DNA of 64,000 nt from Phoronis australis (taxonomy: Eukaryota > Animalia > Phoronida): contig NMRA01000324.1 of assembly GCA_002633005.1 (NCBI GenBank), positions 376,624 to 440,623 of the forward strand, in the 5' to 3' direction. The notes beneath the pieces were generated by a model, which ran no database searches, was not told the origin of the DNA, and saw only the letters and a list, made by a program, of their open reading frames with translations. Below are positions 26,861 through 39,019 of this stretch, one piece after another. Every line of letters begins with the position of its first letter. Within the stretch, counting starts at the first letter, position 1. Position numbers and translations under genes: made by a program.

Positions 26861-27244
26861 ATGTATAAAACATTTGAATTCTGAACAAACTGTATTTAAC
26901 TGTTCTCCAGTGCACATAATGCGAGCCCTGTTACTTAGTAGTTCTTCAACTGCGTTACGGGAGCTAGGTGTTGTGTCGTTTTTGAAATTCTAAAGGGAAA
27001 GATTATCACGCTTTCTCTTGTTGCAGTCCACGAAGTATCCTTGATGATGTGAATATTAGCGATGTTGGATTTGGATATGAAGAGTTTGGTGGGGAGGAAG
27101 TTGCAGGAGATAGCATCAATATGTACCGCTATGGAGACTATGATGAGACGTTGTCTACAGGTTTCAGTGGTGTCCACAGAATTTATGATGCAGCTGGTGC
27201 ACACTCAGCTGTGGACAATAGCAAATGTTTTGTTTTTATGACAC

Positions 27245-30096
27245 CCTCCTTTCCCTTTCAAATCTCATCAGCGTGTCTTTCAAAGAATGAGTGATGTTCG
27301 GATTTCATCTGTTAAAGGTTCAACACTCTCTCTCTAACTCCTTCTCCGAAAGGTGTCGCACTTGCACATTTGGTCATTGCATTTACTCTTCTCTGAAAAT
27401 TAGGAGATTTTTCACTAATTATGGAAAGGAGATATTTATTCCATCTTGTATTCTTATAATTCACTTAGTTACAAGCTCAGCTCACTACTAGAAAAAACTG
27501 GAACTTTATTCAAAAGTTGATGTAACATATTATTTTGCATCATTAGACAAATGATAACCACATGAAAATCTGTGTAAAATGTAATGGCTCCTTATTTCTT
27601 CAAGATGTAAAATGACATAGAAGGTTAAATATTGGATATTCTATATATTTACAAGTCATAAATTATTCTCTGAACTAGAATTTTTGATTTGTTTTTTTCA
27701 CATGTTTGTTATTCATGATAAATTACCTATACGTCATCTTGATAAGATGCATAACCTTGCAGACCACGATGAGCTGGGGTCACTGAAGCTGGACGTAGAG
27801 AAGCTGTAGCGACTGACTTCCATTTCCTTCCTCTACCTCCTCTTACACTTTCTCCTCTCCTTGTTTTCATGGCTCTCCCACATATCCTATGGAATTAAAC
27901 AGGCCTTTTTAATTTCATATAGTCTCAAAGTTCGTCAAAAGCCATGCCTAACATTGGGAGTAATTTCCAAACCCAAGCAAATGCTTCAAACAGGACTGGT
28001 AATGTGTGTACAAATTCTGTTTCTGAGAGCATTCCATTAGTGAGTTCTCAGCCCCAGTCTGTTAGTCTAAGCTCTTTTCACGTTTTACTCCATGGATAGG
28101 TGGGCGCAGGTTGTCACCGATCTGTTCTAATATTTTGATGCAATGGTAGACTGAACACTGGTTCGAGTTCATCACTTTATTAATCTTGACTGTATGCTCA
28201 TATTAAGTCCATTCAAACAAAACGTACAACGTAATGTCTGTTCTATGGTCAGCCAGTGCGACAAAGCCTTGACTTTCAGTACCTCCTACAGTTGCTGGTG
28301 CAATAACATGCTACTTTTGACAGTTCTTTGTTCTATAGCCACAGGTGAAGTGTTAGACAAGTTCTGTGCAATTGAAACTGTGCAATGGCTGATGTTGTAG
28401 CCAATGAATAATGTTATGAACTATGAAAGTACCTACTTGTTCTATTATTTTCTCCTCTGGAATGATAATTAGATGCTCCATGGACAGTAGAAATAAAATT
28501 ACTTTCAAGTAATGTTGCTGCAATTTCTGATGTTTTTAGTGGGACAAATTTGCTGGAAGTGTAATTTATCATTCCGTTTGTCCAAAGGTGTGTAGACTGA
28601 TTCTGTCTTTTTATTTCTAAACACAGTTATGTTGCTCAAGTGGAATGACCTCTTATTTTGTGCATTAAGTAACTTTGTATTCTTCCATGAGTCCACACAT
28701 CATTGATGTTTCATTGTAGTCAGATGTAAAAGTGGAGATCAGCTCAATAAAATAGAAGTTGATTGCAAACCACAGATTTGTACAAATCCATAAATTGCTT
28801 GTAGTTATAGTCAGTGAAAATGTGTAACATACTTTGAAAAAAAAACAAAATTATTTGGATCATGATGATGCTCGATAAAATAAAACTTTTTGAATGCTGT
28901 TGTGACTGAAATTTCATTATGATGCATATTGCAAACTATTACTGGGTGAACAATTAGGTCAATATATTTACCACCAGTCCTTGGAACATATGTGTCTGTG
29001 ACTTATCATCATCACATCTTTCCATGTAATGACAATGTAAATTATCAGATGACTGGAGTTAACAGCTTTTGAGATAATAGGAGATAAACTGTGTTTTAGG
29101 TTCAAAAAGATACCAAAATTTAGCATTAGAAAGTTAATCTTCCCAACTTTAAAGTTTTATTTAAAAATTTGCTGTGAAGAACCTTGTAATTGCTTAGAAT
29201 TACTGTAAATAACAGTGTGATTACTAAGGCATCAATTTAATATAATTACTAAGTTGGTCAAGTCATTGCACTTGGCCATTTGAACCCTAAAATGCATTGA
29301 CTACATGTACTTTGGGCCAACTGGGTGCATTTGGCCCCAGAATTCAAGAAAACCCTGGGCCAGAATTTTTGGGGGATTTTTTGATTGGCAGGTAAACAAG
29401 GAAGTTCAATGAAGGTTTTCAGTGAAATTCAGATTACATTTTCTTTCACCACTAACAGCTGAGGATTTAGCTAACTGCACTTGCACTACTCGGCCACGGT
29501 GAATACGCCAGTGGCGGATCTAGGATACCACAAGGGGCGCCCAACATGACACCTCGGAGAAATGGGCAAAGCTCGATTGTATGCACAGGTGGCTCGAATG
29601 TTGTGGGGGTTGGCGATACGGACCTGGTGTTCCGGAATTCTACCGTTGGGCTCAATATTTTCTCACGCCTCATGCTGTTGCGGTGTAATTTTTTCTTGCA
29701 CCAGTCTTGGGGGTCCCTTGGCCTGTACGCAATCATCACGTAGTAACAATTAACAATCACCCGAAATACATTTTAATTATAAATCCTACGTACAGTCACG
29801 ATGCATTGAAATGTTTTTAGCAAAATGTTATTGTTCGTGTTTACTATAGATTATACACAACATAGTCTACGATGTTGACCGTACGCCGATCGGTGAGCCA
29901 GACTATTTTCATTCCCTAAACGATAAGACATGAATAGAACGTTTTCCGTTTGAAATGCACATAAATGAAATCCTGGGCAAAAATATATTAGATCATACTT
30001 GGGAGAGCATAGAAACCAAATAAATCGATAACTCACTTCAGAAATGGGACTTCTTTGAGTCAATCGAGGTGTCGATGTGCTTTCAAAACCAGCCAT
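27245..30096 (-). pseudogene. Second, convergent spliced gene of the Kolobok (unknown product)
   Basis: MAGFESTSTPRLTQRSPISE is followed by a GTGAGT donor (~30036). AG/GT-bounded candidate exons lie at ~28508-28741, ~27757-27887 (basic, RGGRGRKWK) and ~27245-27392 (RRVNAM..EKELERVL). Confidence 0.4.
29509..29735. mobile_element. Small hAT-like MITE remnant inside the Kolobok
   Basis: Starts CAGTGGCGGATCTAGG..GGGGCGCCC, a common MITE terminus type. The other end is decayed. Confidence 0.35.
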
Positions 30097-30900
30097 CAGT
30101 GTTTTGCTTTCGGCGACCTTTCACCTCTCTGAGGTCATCAGGGCATTTCCAAATAAGACACCGCAATGCATTTTGGGACTGTAATGTCGGACTTGACGAG
30201 CACGAAGGCGTGTCTTTTTGGTCAACTTTCAAACGTAAAGAAAAATACTCCAAACTCATCTAAAACTCACTATATTTACGAAACCTACAAAAAACTTGTA
30301 CGCCACGATATGATACAGGTTTCATGCAAGATGAGTAACATTTACCTTCTTATTTTATACTATTTTTCACGTTCCAAGCCACTTTAATTCTTACAACTCA
30401 GCTTCATCAAAGATATGTATAGAAGTAGAAAGGACCAATGGGGGAAGTAAGCGCTTTTTAGTTTTAAGTGAAGAATGTATTTTGACGAGGTGAAAACTCG
30501 AAATCGGTAACCCAAATCCAGTCACGACCCTTTTAAAATACACTGAAGTAACAAAATGAGTACAGAAAGCGAATGGAAGTATTGTAGCCCCTATATGGCC
30601 AACCGAGGGGCTACCTGTTGCCTACTAGAAGGCCCCGCGTTGGTTTGAATGCACTAAATCTCCCCTTACTCCCTGCTCTCCTAATGTTGTTTATCCATTT
30701 TTCACGAAGTTCTTGGTTTGCAGGGAACACATAAAAACTCAGATTTTTATCTCTCTTGTTTTTGAAGCAGCCGGGAACACAACAACTGTATCCGCCGTAA
30801 GTTTTCTTCGCGCTCATACCGCGTATTATGCTTGTTACTATGGCCGCTTTCGGAATCCTGACCACAGCGCCCACAATGCACCATTTTAACCTAATTTAAA

Positions 30901-32216
30901 TCAAAATAAATATTTTCTGTCAACAACATATTGACAAATTATGTAAAATACAACAATTAGGAACGGGAATATGTGAATACGTGGTGAAGAGGTATTTGTC
31001 TCTACGCGGCACATGTGCGTGGATCTTTGATAAAGCGATTGCGATGTCGAAAAACGATAGAAAATACATCAAGGTGCACTTTTGAGAGGCAAAGCGTCTG
31101 GTGATATTTGTAGCGTATGATCTGGCCACCTTTGGTAGTAAGTGACGCTGAATGACAAGTGGCAACTACATGTTTGGCGCGAAAATAAAAAATCATGCTT
31201 GTATCGCTACCCCCCCCCCCAAATTTTCCAATTTCTCATGAGTCAACACTCGAGATTTGGCTCCATTTCAGTACTACAGTCACAGAATAATTCTTCTGTG
31301 TTCAGCTGTTAGAAGACATACATTTTTGAAACGGTGCTCAATCTTAAAAAATTTCCAGCATGAGAGCGCTTTATCAGAAATGCTAAGCACGCGCAGCGTT
31401 GTAAGAAAGAGACGTTGGGCTTTGAACAGTGTGTACAAATTTGTTCATTTCGCTTTTCTACACTGACGAATATGGTCAACACGATGTTCTTAAAAGACCA
31501 CATTTGACGGCATTTTCAAAAATAAATGTTTGGTTGACGAATTTAGAGAGTCGGTGCCCACGGGCAGAAAGGGTATCTGCGAAAAGAAAGAGTTGCGTTT
31601 TCAAAACCAGCTTTCAGAGCATGAGCTGAAGGACTACCTGAGAAAAAAAAAGTAAAACCGAATATCCAACAGAAACTTGTGCAAAGAAAAATTATATACC
31701 TCTTGAAAACTGTTACCCCGAATAAATATGCAAAATACGAACGTCATTTACGTAAGGTCGTACCAGAAGTGAGTCGTTGCAGTGGAGCCGCCACGGCGTA
31801 TTAAAAACACTGTGCTGTGCGCTATCGTTAGCGGAATGGAAAGCTGAAGCGAAAAAATCCAGAACACACATTTTCTATTCAGCAAAGGAAATCTCTGTAG
31901 AATTAAAAACAATTTTCAACCAGGATTTATTGCGTCAGAAAATTTATCACGCCAGGAGAGAATTGTTTTCATGCTCGGAGACCACCCGTTATGCAATGAT
32001 GACAATGCAGTGTGTACCTATATATTGGCATCTATTGTAAAACGTGGACTAGACAAAACAAATTCAACCGCATTTCCAAGATAATATGTCCGTCGTCGGC
32101 GAGAGGTTGAACATTTAGCCCTTGTTTATACGAGTACTACGGACATTATCATCACTTTGAAGGATCAATGCTTGGGGATGGTGACGTGGTGTCCTGGCAC
32201 GGTAAGTTTTTGAACC
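30901..32216 (-). mobile_element. CAG-TIR family copy D, internal continuation after the nested insertions
   Basis: Collinear with copy C 51193-51350 and 53190-54195. Confidence 0.9.
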
Positions 32217-32249
32217 CGAAGCTGTTAACTAAATTAAAAATACAAATGT

Positions 32250-35200
32250 GCGGCTCCACTGCAATGAATCACTTCTGGTACAACCTTCCGTAAATGACGT
32301 TCGTATTTTGCACATTTCTTCGGGGTAACAGTTTTCCAAGAGCTATTTATGCATTGGACAAGTTTCTGTTTGGTATTCGGTTTTATTTTCTTTCTCAGGT
32401 AGGCCTAGAGCTCATTCTCTGAATGTTTTGAAAACGCAACTCTTTCTTTACGCAGATACCGTTTTCTGCCCGTGGGGACCGACTCGCTGAATTCATCAAT
32501 CAAGATTGTTTTTTTAGATCACCGTGTTGACCATAGTCGTCAGTGTAGAAAAGCGAAATGAACAAATTTGTACACACTGCTCAAAGGACTTTTATGGACA
32601 TACGGAAACGCCAACGTCTCTGTCTTACAACTCTGTGTGTGCTTGGCATTCCCGATAAAGTGCTCTCATGCTGCAAACTTTATTAAGACTGAGCACCGAT
32701 TCAAAAGTTGTTTTATTTTTCTTACAGCTGAGCACAAAAGAATTATTCTGCGATTTTAGGAATGAAACGGAATCAAATCTCCAGACGTGACTCATTAGAA
32801 TGTGTAAAACTCGGGGAGGGGGGTGGCCATACAAGCATGATTTTTTTTATTTTAGCGCCAAACATGTAGTTGCCACTTCTCATTCAGCGTCACTTACTAC
32901 CTAAGGTGGCCAGATTTTACGATATCAATATCACCAGACGCTTTGCTTCTCAAAAGTGCACCTTGATGTAGTTTCTATCATTTTTGCCATCGCGATCGCT
33001 ATACCAAATATTCACGCACATAGGCCGCGTATAGACAAATACCTCTTCACCACGTATTCACATCTTCCCGTTCACAATTGTTTTATTTTACATAATTTGT
33101 CAATATGTTGCTGACAAAAACTATTTATTTTTGGAACAACGTGAACGGCCAACTATTAGGCGCCTAGGTGTACAGCACACATCACGAATTTTTGTCCGAC
33201 CGGTCGGAAATTGGTCGGCGACCGGCCTTCGACCGGTCGGCTAGCCGACCAGCAGCCGACCAACAACGGTCGGCTAGGAGCCGTCTGCTGAGTCGCCTCT
33301 GTGGTCGGCACTTGGGTCGGCTAAGTGGTCGGCTAGCGTAGACGACCAATTCGGATTAAGCGTGTCCTTGGTCGGCAAATACCATTTTATGACTCAACGG
33401 GTGAACTTTGGACAAAAAAACAACTGTTCGCTGTTCTTTTACCAGTGGCAACTCCGGTCTTGACATAGGTTTATCAACTTGTGTTCAACTATTGAATGGA
33501 GGGAAAATCGAAGCAGCCTACAAATACGAAGTGCGTGGCATTACACTAGCCTAAAACTTTATGTTGAATTAATGACGGCGTGGTAAAATCAAACGTTAAG
33601 TGATATCGCAGAAACATAATTTCTAAATTTAGATATGAGACTTTTTATACAGTAAATTATGCATTAAAACAAGCACCAAATTTGAAATTTTCTGTAAAAT
33701 TGCATAAAAATCAGAATACAACACTGGATATTTTACGATCTCAAGTGTTTTCAAGCAGCGGAATGCTCAACAAGCATCACGCATTTGCGCTCATCCGTTA
33801 TTGCTCTTGATCATCACTTCATCACGCTGTATATTGCGCTTTGCAAAACATTATTATTGCTTATTTCTGTATAATTTCTTAATATGTTGGTACAGCAATA
33901 GAACCCAAGTTTATTTTAGGAAAAACATGAGCAATGGTTTGAACGTAGCGCCGATATTAAATCATGGGCGCATGAAAACGGAAGACGGTGATCGGTTTAT
34001 AGTATCATCCATCATCATTCTGAAATTGTTGTCAATTTCGCAGTAAAAAATCTTTTCGAAACTAGAGCCTACCTATCTATCCAGCTAGTTGTATGAAGAC
34101 TATTTTCAAAATACAGCAAGGTGCCACTGCTTATTGGGATCAAACAGACCTCGAAACTTCACACAGCCTGGATAGTTACGCTTGTCACCTCGCCGAAAAG
34201 CTTGTATCAACATACATGTAAGCTGAAGACCGGCGGGTGTGCATGCAAAATTTGGAATTCAATTGGCATTCAAGTTGCGGTTACGGCGAAAAACATCCGA
34301 CGTCATCTTCTTGCGTAATTCTCTGCCTTTTTTAACGAAAAAACGTATGTCGTCGTTTTGAAAAAAGTTCATTGTGACACGCGCCACTTCCAAAATGTTT
34401 TCAAAATCTCCCATTAGAAGATGATAACATGTCAGCAAAATTTGTTCTAAAATTCGGTTCACTGATGTCAAAATTCCAAAAACATATAATGAAGTGAAAA
34501 CAATTCTGATCATTTGTTGTGACGTTTACGCAACCTCGAGGGAGAACGTTTGATTGAAGAATCTGGGAAAAAGAAACTGTCTAAAAGGTGACGCAATATG
34601 TCATTGGGTCCAAAGTCGAGACATCAGATCACACTATAACTTTAGCAGCAGAATAATTGTAGAAAACCATTTTTTGCAACGCTGGTAAATGATTTGGATT
34701 AGTCTAGGACGATTTTATTCGGTCAGTTTTTACCCACGATGGCGCAAATTTGTATGTTTAATTTAGTAAACGGCTTAGCACCAAGGCTACTAGAGCCTTC
34801 CGAGCCCTTTGGCGTAAGGACACAATACTTGGCGTTTCGCGTATACTCCAAGGGGTAAAACTTTGAAAATAATATTTTCGGGGTAACCTGGTACATGTAA
34901 TCCTAAAAAAGTAGTCTGTGTTTTCATGTAGAGCATAAAATTGATTAACCCATTGATTCAAAAAGAACATTCTCACAAACGAAAACGCACACAATTTTCA
35001 GCTATATTACACTGGTTAAAAAACAACTTCTATAAGTTTATTGCTCGGATTCTAGTGATCAACAGGGCAAGTCAAACTCTTAAGGGGCCGCAATTGCAAA
35101 CCTTTGGCATAAATAAGTGATATAAAAATGGAATTAGACCGACTTTAATTCATCAGCAATGTAGACACAACAGTTACAGACACTGACTGCGTTTGTTAAC

Positions 35201-38200
35201 GGCAATGAAAAAAAAATGTTTCTACTATGATTGATAACAAGTTTTACTCCGATGAGGTATGATGCAATATGCATGTCTAATATGCAGATCGGCAGTTGCA
35301 AAAATAATTACTGGGTTTAATGAATCCATTTGTTATGAACCACTGCAAAAGTATGATTACTAATTGTACATTCGAAGCACGCCTCATTAGAATAAAAACA
35401 TACACATGCTTGATGATCATGGGAGTACCTCTATTACAGGCATGAAAGAAGATATATAGTTGTTAAGCCATAGAGGATAATAAAGCTCACATAATATCAC
35501 ACTGAACCATATACACCTGTCATATACAAAGGATATAGTATTTCAAAAGAAGCCTCAACTACTCATTTTTCATAGTATTACTAAATCACGAACACCCAGA
35601 TTTATATAAAAAGTTACATAGTACGATGCTACACAACCTGCTCTCCCACATTTATGGGAGGCCTAATTTGAAACATTTAACGACATATCTTTTCTATGCA
35701 AGATTAAAACCAAGCAAAACATGTGAAGTCTTCAGGACCAAAAATAAATATCTCAAAACCAAAAATTTTACTTAAGCAGGAATTAAAACAATCCAATACA
35801 TTGAGATTGTTTTCACACACAAAGAGCAAATAAAGACCAAAATTCACCATGTCAAGACTGAAAATTTATCACATCAGCACCTGTTATTTATGAAGTGTGG
35901 ACCAAAAATTCTTCACTTCAGGATCAAAATAAAATACGACTGAACTGAAAATTTAATGAGTCAGGTTCAAAAACTTACCATGTCAGTAACTTTACACGCC
36001 AGAACACGACGTCACCATCCCCAAGCATTGATCTTTCAAAGTGATAATGTCCGCAACAACAAGGGCTAAATATTCAACCTCTTGACGACGAGACATATCA
36101 TCTTGGAAATGCGGTTGAATTTCTTTCGACTAATCCACGTTTTACAATAGATTCCAATGTTTAGGTACACACTGGATTGTCATCATTGCATAATGGGTGA
36201 TCACGTAGTCTCCGGGCATGGAAAACCATTCTCTCCTGGCGTGATAAGTTTTCTGAAGCAATAAATCCTGGTTGTCAATTGTTTTTGATTCTACAGACAT
36301 TTCAATTCCTGAATAGAAAATGTGTGTTCTGGATTTTTCCGTTTGAGCTTTCCATTCAGCTAACTAGTGCACAGCACAGTGATTTAGTATCCCGCGGCGG
36401 CTCCACTGCCGCAACGAATCACTTCTGGTACAACCTTCCGTAAATGACATTGATATTTTGCGCATTTCTTCGGGGTTACAGGTTTCCAAGATCTATATAT
36501 TTATTGGACAAGTTTCTGTTTGGTATTTGGTTTTATTTGTTTTATTTTCTGTCTCAGGTAGTCCTTGAGCTCATGCTCTGAATGTTTTGAAAACGCAACT
36601 CTTCATTTACGAAGATACGTTTTCCTACCCGTAGGCACCGACTCGCTGAATTCATCAACCAAACATTTATTTTTGAAAATGTCCTCAAAAGTGTAGTTAA
36701 AACACCGTGTTGACCATAGTCGTCAGTGTAGAAAAGCGAAATGAACAAATTTGTATGCACTGCTCAAAGCACTTTTGTGGACATACGGAAACGCCAACGT
36801 CTCTGTCTTACAACTCTGCGTGGGCTTGGCATTTCTGATAAAACGCTCTCATGCTGGAAACATTATTAAGATTGAGCACCGTTTCAAAAAATTGTATTTC
36901 TTCTTACAGCTGAGCACAGAAGAATTATTCTGCGATTTTAGGACTGAAACGGAACCAAATCTCGAGTGGTGACTCATTAGAATGTGCAAAATTCGGGGAG
37001 GGGGTGGGTGGCGATACAAGCATGTTTTTTTATTTTCGCGCCAAACATGTAGTTGCCGTAGAGACAAATACCTCTTCACCAGGTATTCACATCTTCCCGT
37101 TCACAATTGTTTTATTTTGCATAATTTGTCAATATGTTGTTGACAGAAAAAAATATTTTTGGAACAACGTGAACGACCAACTGATAGGGGACTACGTGTA
37201 TACATGTAACTGCTAGCCCGGATTTTAACGTCACCGATACATGAAAACGGAATGCGAAAAGCTACAATTGCCTGTAGCCTCAACAGTGGTGATGTCACCG
37301 TCTTAGTTCGTGGAAATCGTAACCGTAATATGATTTCGAAGTTAGAGCCATCGAAGTCCGTGGGTTTATGGCATACTGGACCTTGAATATCGCGTCTGTA
37401 CTGCAAGGGTCAATGTTATGAAAATAAAGTACCCGGAGTGAGAGCTCTTCGCGGTGTAACAACTCACTCACTAATCCATCATCATGGGCGCGTGATAAGA
37501 GACGGGTGACTAACTTACAAAACCGCAAAAAGATGCAGTTTGGTGTTACACAAACAAAGTCAATTGCGGGCGAAGACTGCTAAAAATAGCTGCGTTTACA
37601 AAATGACAACAAAATGACCGGGAAGCAACCAATCTAATATATCTTGTTAACGTCACGAGTCAAATTAAAGATCAAATGTAAAGAAAACTTCCACGTTTTT
37701 CATCCAAAACTTGTTGCATTGTCCATAACCCAATGTTTACTATTACCGCTTGCCTTCAACCTTCGAATTAGTGGTGTTACACAACCGAAGTGAACCCATG
37801 TAACCGAGACAGTAAAACTAGGTTAATTTATTTGACCCTGTGCTCAGACGAATATGCATCGACATGCAAAGTTAAATCAGCCTGACAACCTATTATGCAA
37901 CTGCTACTCTATCCTAAAAATAGCCGGTCGGCTGAAGGGTCGGCTGAAGGGTCGGCTGTGGAGTCGCCTTATGAGTCGGCACTGCGGGAGGCTGCCGGTC
38001 GGCTAATTTGCCGACCGGTCGACGGCTAGTCGCCGACCAATTTCCGACCGGGCGGCCAAAAATTCGTGATGTTTGCTGTACCTGGAACTAGTCCAGATTT
38101 TAAGGTCACCGATACATGAAAACGGAATGCGCAATTCTAGAATTGGCTGTAGCCTCAACAGTGGTCATTCTGTGTTTGTTGTCACCGTCTTAGTTCGTGG

Positions 38201-39019
38201 AAATCGTAACCATTGCGTGATTTCGAAGTTAGAGCCATCGAAGACCGTGGGTTTAGGGCATACTGGACTGTAAATTTCGCTTCCGTACTGCTAGGGTCAA
38301 TACTATGAAATTAAAATCCCCAGAAGGAGAGGTCTTCGCGGAGTAACAACTCACTCACTAATCCATCATCATGGGCGCGTGATAGGAGACCGGTGAATAA
38401 CTTATAAAACGCATAAAAGATGCAATTTGGCGTTACACAAACAAAATCAATTGTGGGCGAAGACTGCTAAAAATAGCTGCGTTTACAAAATGACTACAGC
38501 GTTGTATTGACCGGGAAGCAACTAATCTAATACAACTTGTTATCGTCATGAGTTAAATTAAAGATCAAATGTAAAGGAAACTTTCACGATTTTCATCCAA
38601 AACTTGTTGCATTGACCATAGTCCAATGTTTACTAGTACCGCTTGCCTTCAACCTTCGAATTAGTGGTGTTACACAACCGACATGAACTCATGTAACCGA
38701 GACAGTGAAACTAGGTTAATTTATTTGACCCTCGTTAAGACGAATATGCATCAACACGCAAAGTGTTATCAGCCTGGCAACATTTTGCGCAACTGCTACT
38801 CTAGCCTAAGAATAGCAGCCGACCAGCTGGTCGGCTGATGGCCGGTTGGCTGAATGGTCGGCTGAAGGGTCGGCTGGGGAGTCGCCTTATGTGTCGGCAA
38901 TGTGGGCGGCTGCCGGTCGGCTAATTTTTAGCCGAACGGTCGGCAAATTAGCCGACCGATCGACGGCTAGTCCTCGACCAATTTCCGACCGGGCGGACAA
39001 AAATTCGTGATGTGTGCTG
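32250..39019 (+). mobile_element. CAG-TIR family copy A (right arm only: 32250-33172 + 38081-39019), interrupted by copy B
   Basis: 32250-33172 matches 36398-37200, and 38081-39019 matches 37203-38078. It ends GATGTGTGCTG|TA. Confidence 0.9.
33173..38078 (+). mobile_element. Full-length 4.9-kb non-autonomous TIR transposon (copy B): TA TSD, ~70-bp TIRs starting CAGCACACATCACGAATTTTTG, subterminal GCCGAC/GTCGGC arrays, no ORF
   Basis: TA|CAGCACAC... at 33171 and ...GTTTGCTG|TA at 38078-38080. The empty site GTG-TA-CATG is visible in copy C (reverse complement of 51152-51160). Confidence 0.92.

Larger units (their letters stand above)
22766..27240 (+). pseudogene. Spliced N-terminal part of the Kolobok transposase gene (DDE core not seen)
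   Basis: Exon 1 reads RKKRRQD..NKRRIYQGTEHCRWESLRSEL..NSELAKR*LD, resembling the R(I/V)xIG...RW...ELAxxLLD N-terminus of animal Kolobok proteins, and ends at a GTAAGT donor (22972). Candidate further exons lie at ~24480-24594, ~25420-25507, ~26539-26591 and ~27027-27240 (acidic). Confidence 0.6.
22288..30383 (+). mobile_element. Kolobok-type DNA transposon (8.1 kb, internally deleted, intron-containing)
   Basis: TTAA at 22284-22287 and 30384-30387. TIR: AGTGGCATGGACCGCGAAAA / TTTTCACGTTCCAAGCCACT. The flanks rejoin to match the paralogue at 4960-4990. Confidence 0.85.
21825..30627 (+). mobile_element. ~700-bp non-autonomous DNA transposon (TAG...CTA ends, ~9-bp TSD; AcademH- or MULE-like), split by the Kolobok
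   Basis: Flanks are GATGGCCCC (21816-21824) and GAAGGCCCC (30628-30636). Ends are TAGGCAA / TTGCCTACTA with imperfect ~80-bp inverted similarity. A paralogue lies at 4800-5197. Confidence 0.75.
21484..30900 (-). mobile_element. THAP-domain DNA transposon remnant (PIF/ISL2EU- or P-like) interrupting copy D and itself split by nested insertions
   Basis: 30817->30637 encodes MSAKKTYGGYSCCVPGC..SFYVFP..REKWINNIRR..FKPTR. 21824->~21750 continues GHRVCSEH..NVSSI. Joined, the halves give a THAP C2CH domain. Confidence 0.8.

Noticed and set aside
24480-27240. Host gene exons
   Set aside because: All candidate exons lie inside the TTAA-bounded Kolobok and carry stops or frameshifts.
22288-30383. KolobokP-type long terminal direct repeats
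   Set aside because: No direct repeat is visible between the first and last several hundred bases.
30585-30630. Helitron 3' end (hairpin + CTAG)
   Set aside because: CTAG is not followed by T in either copy, and the element has a ~9-bp target duplication and inverted ends.
30920-38273. Many 60-100 aa ORFs inside the CAG-TIR copies
   Set aside because: No recognisable domains, and frames are broken differently among copies A-D.
37203-39019. Apparent tandem duplication or assembly artefact of the element's right end
   Set aside because: The two segments are diverged, and the TA junctions at 33171 and 38079 show copy B nested in copy A.
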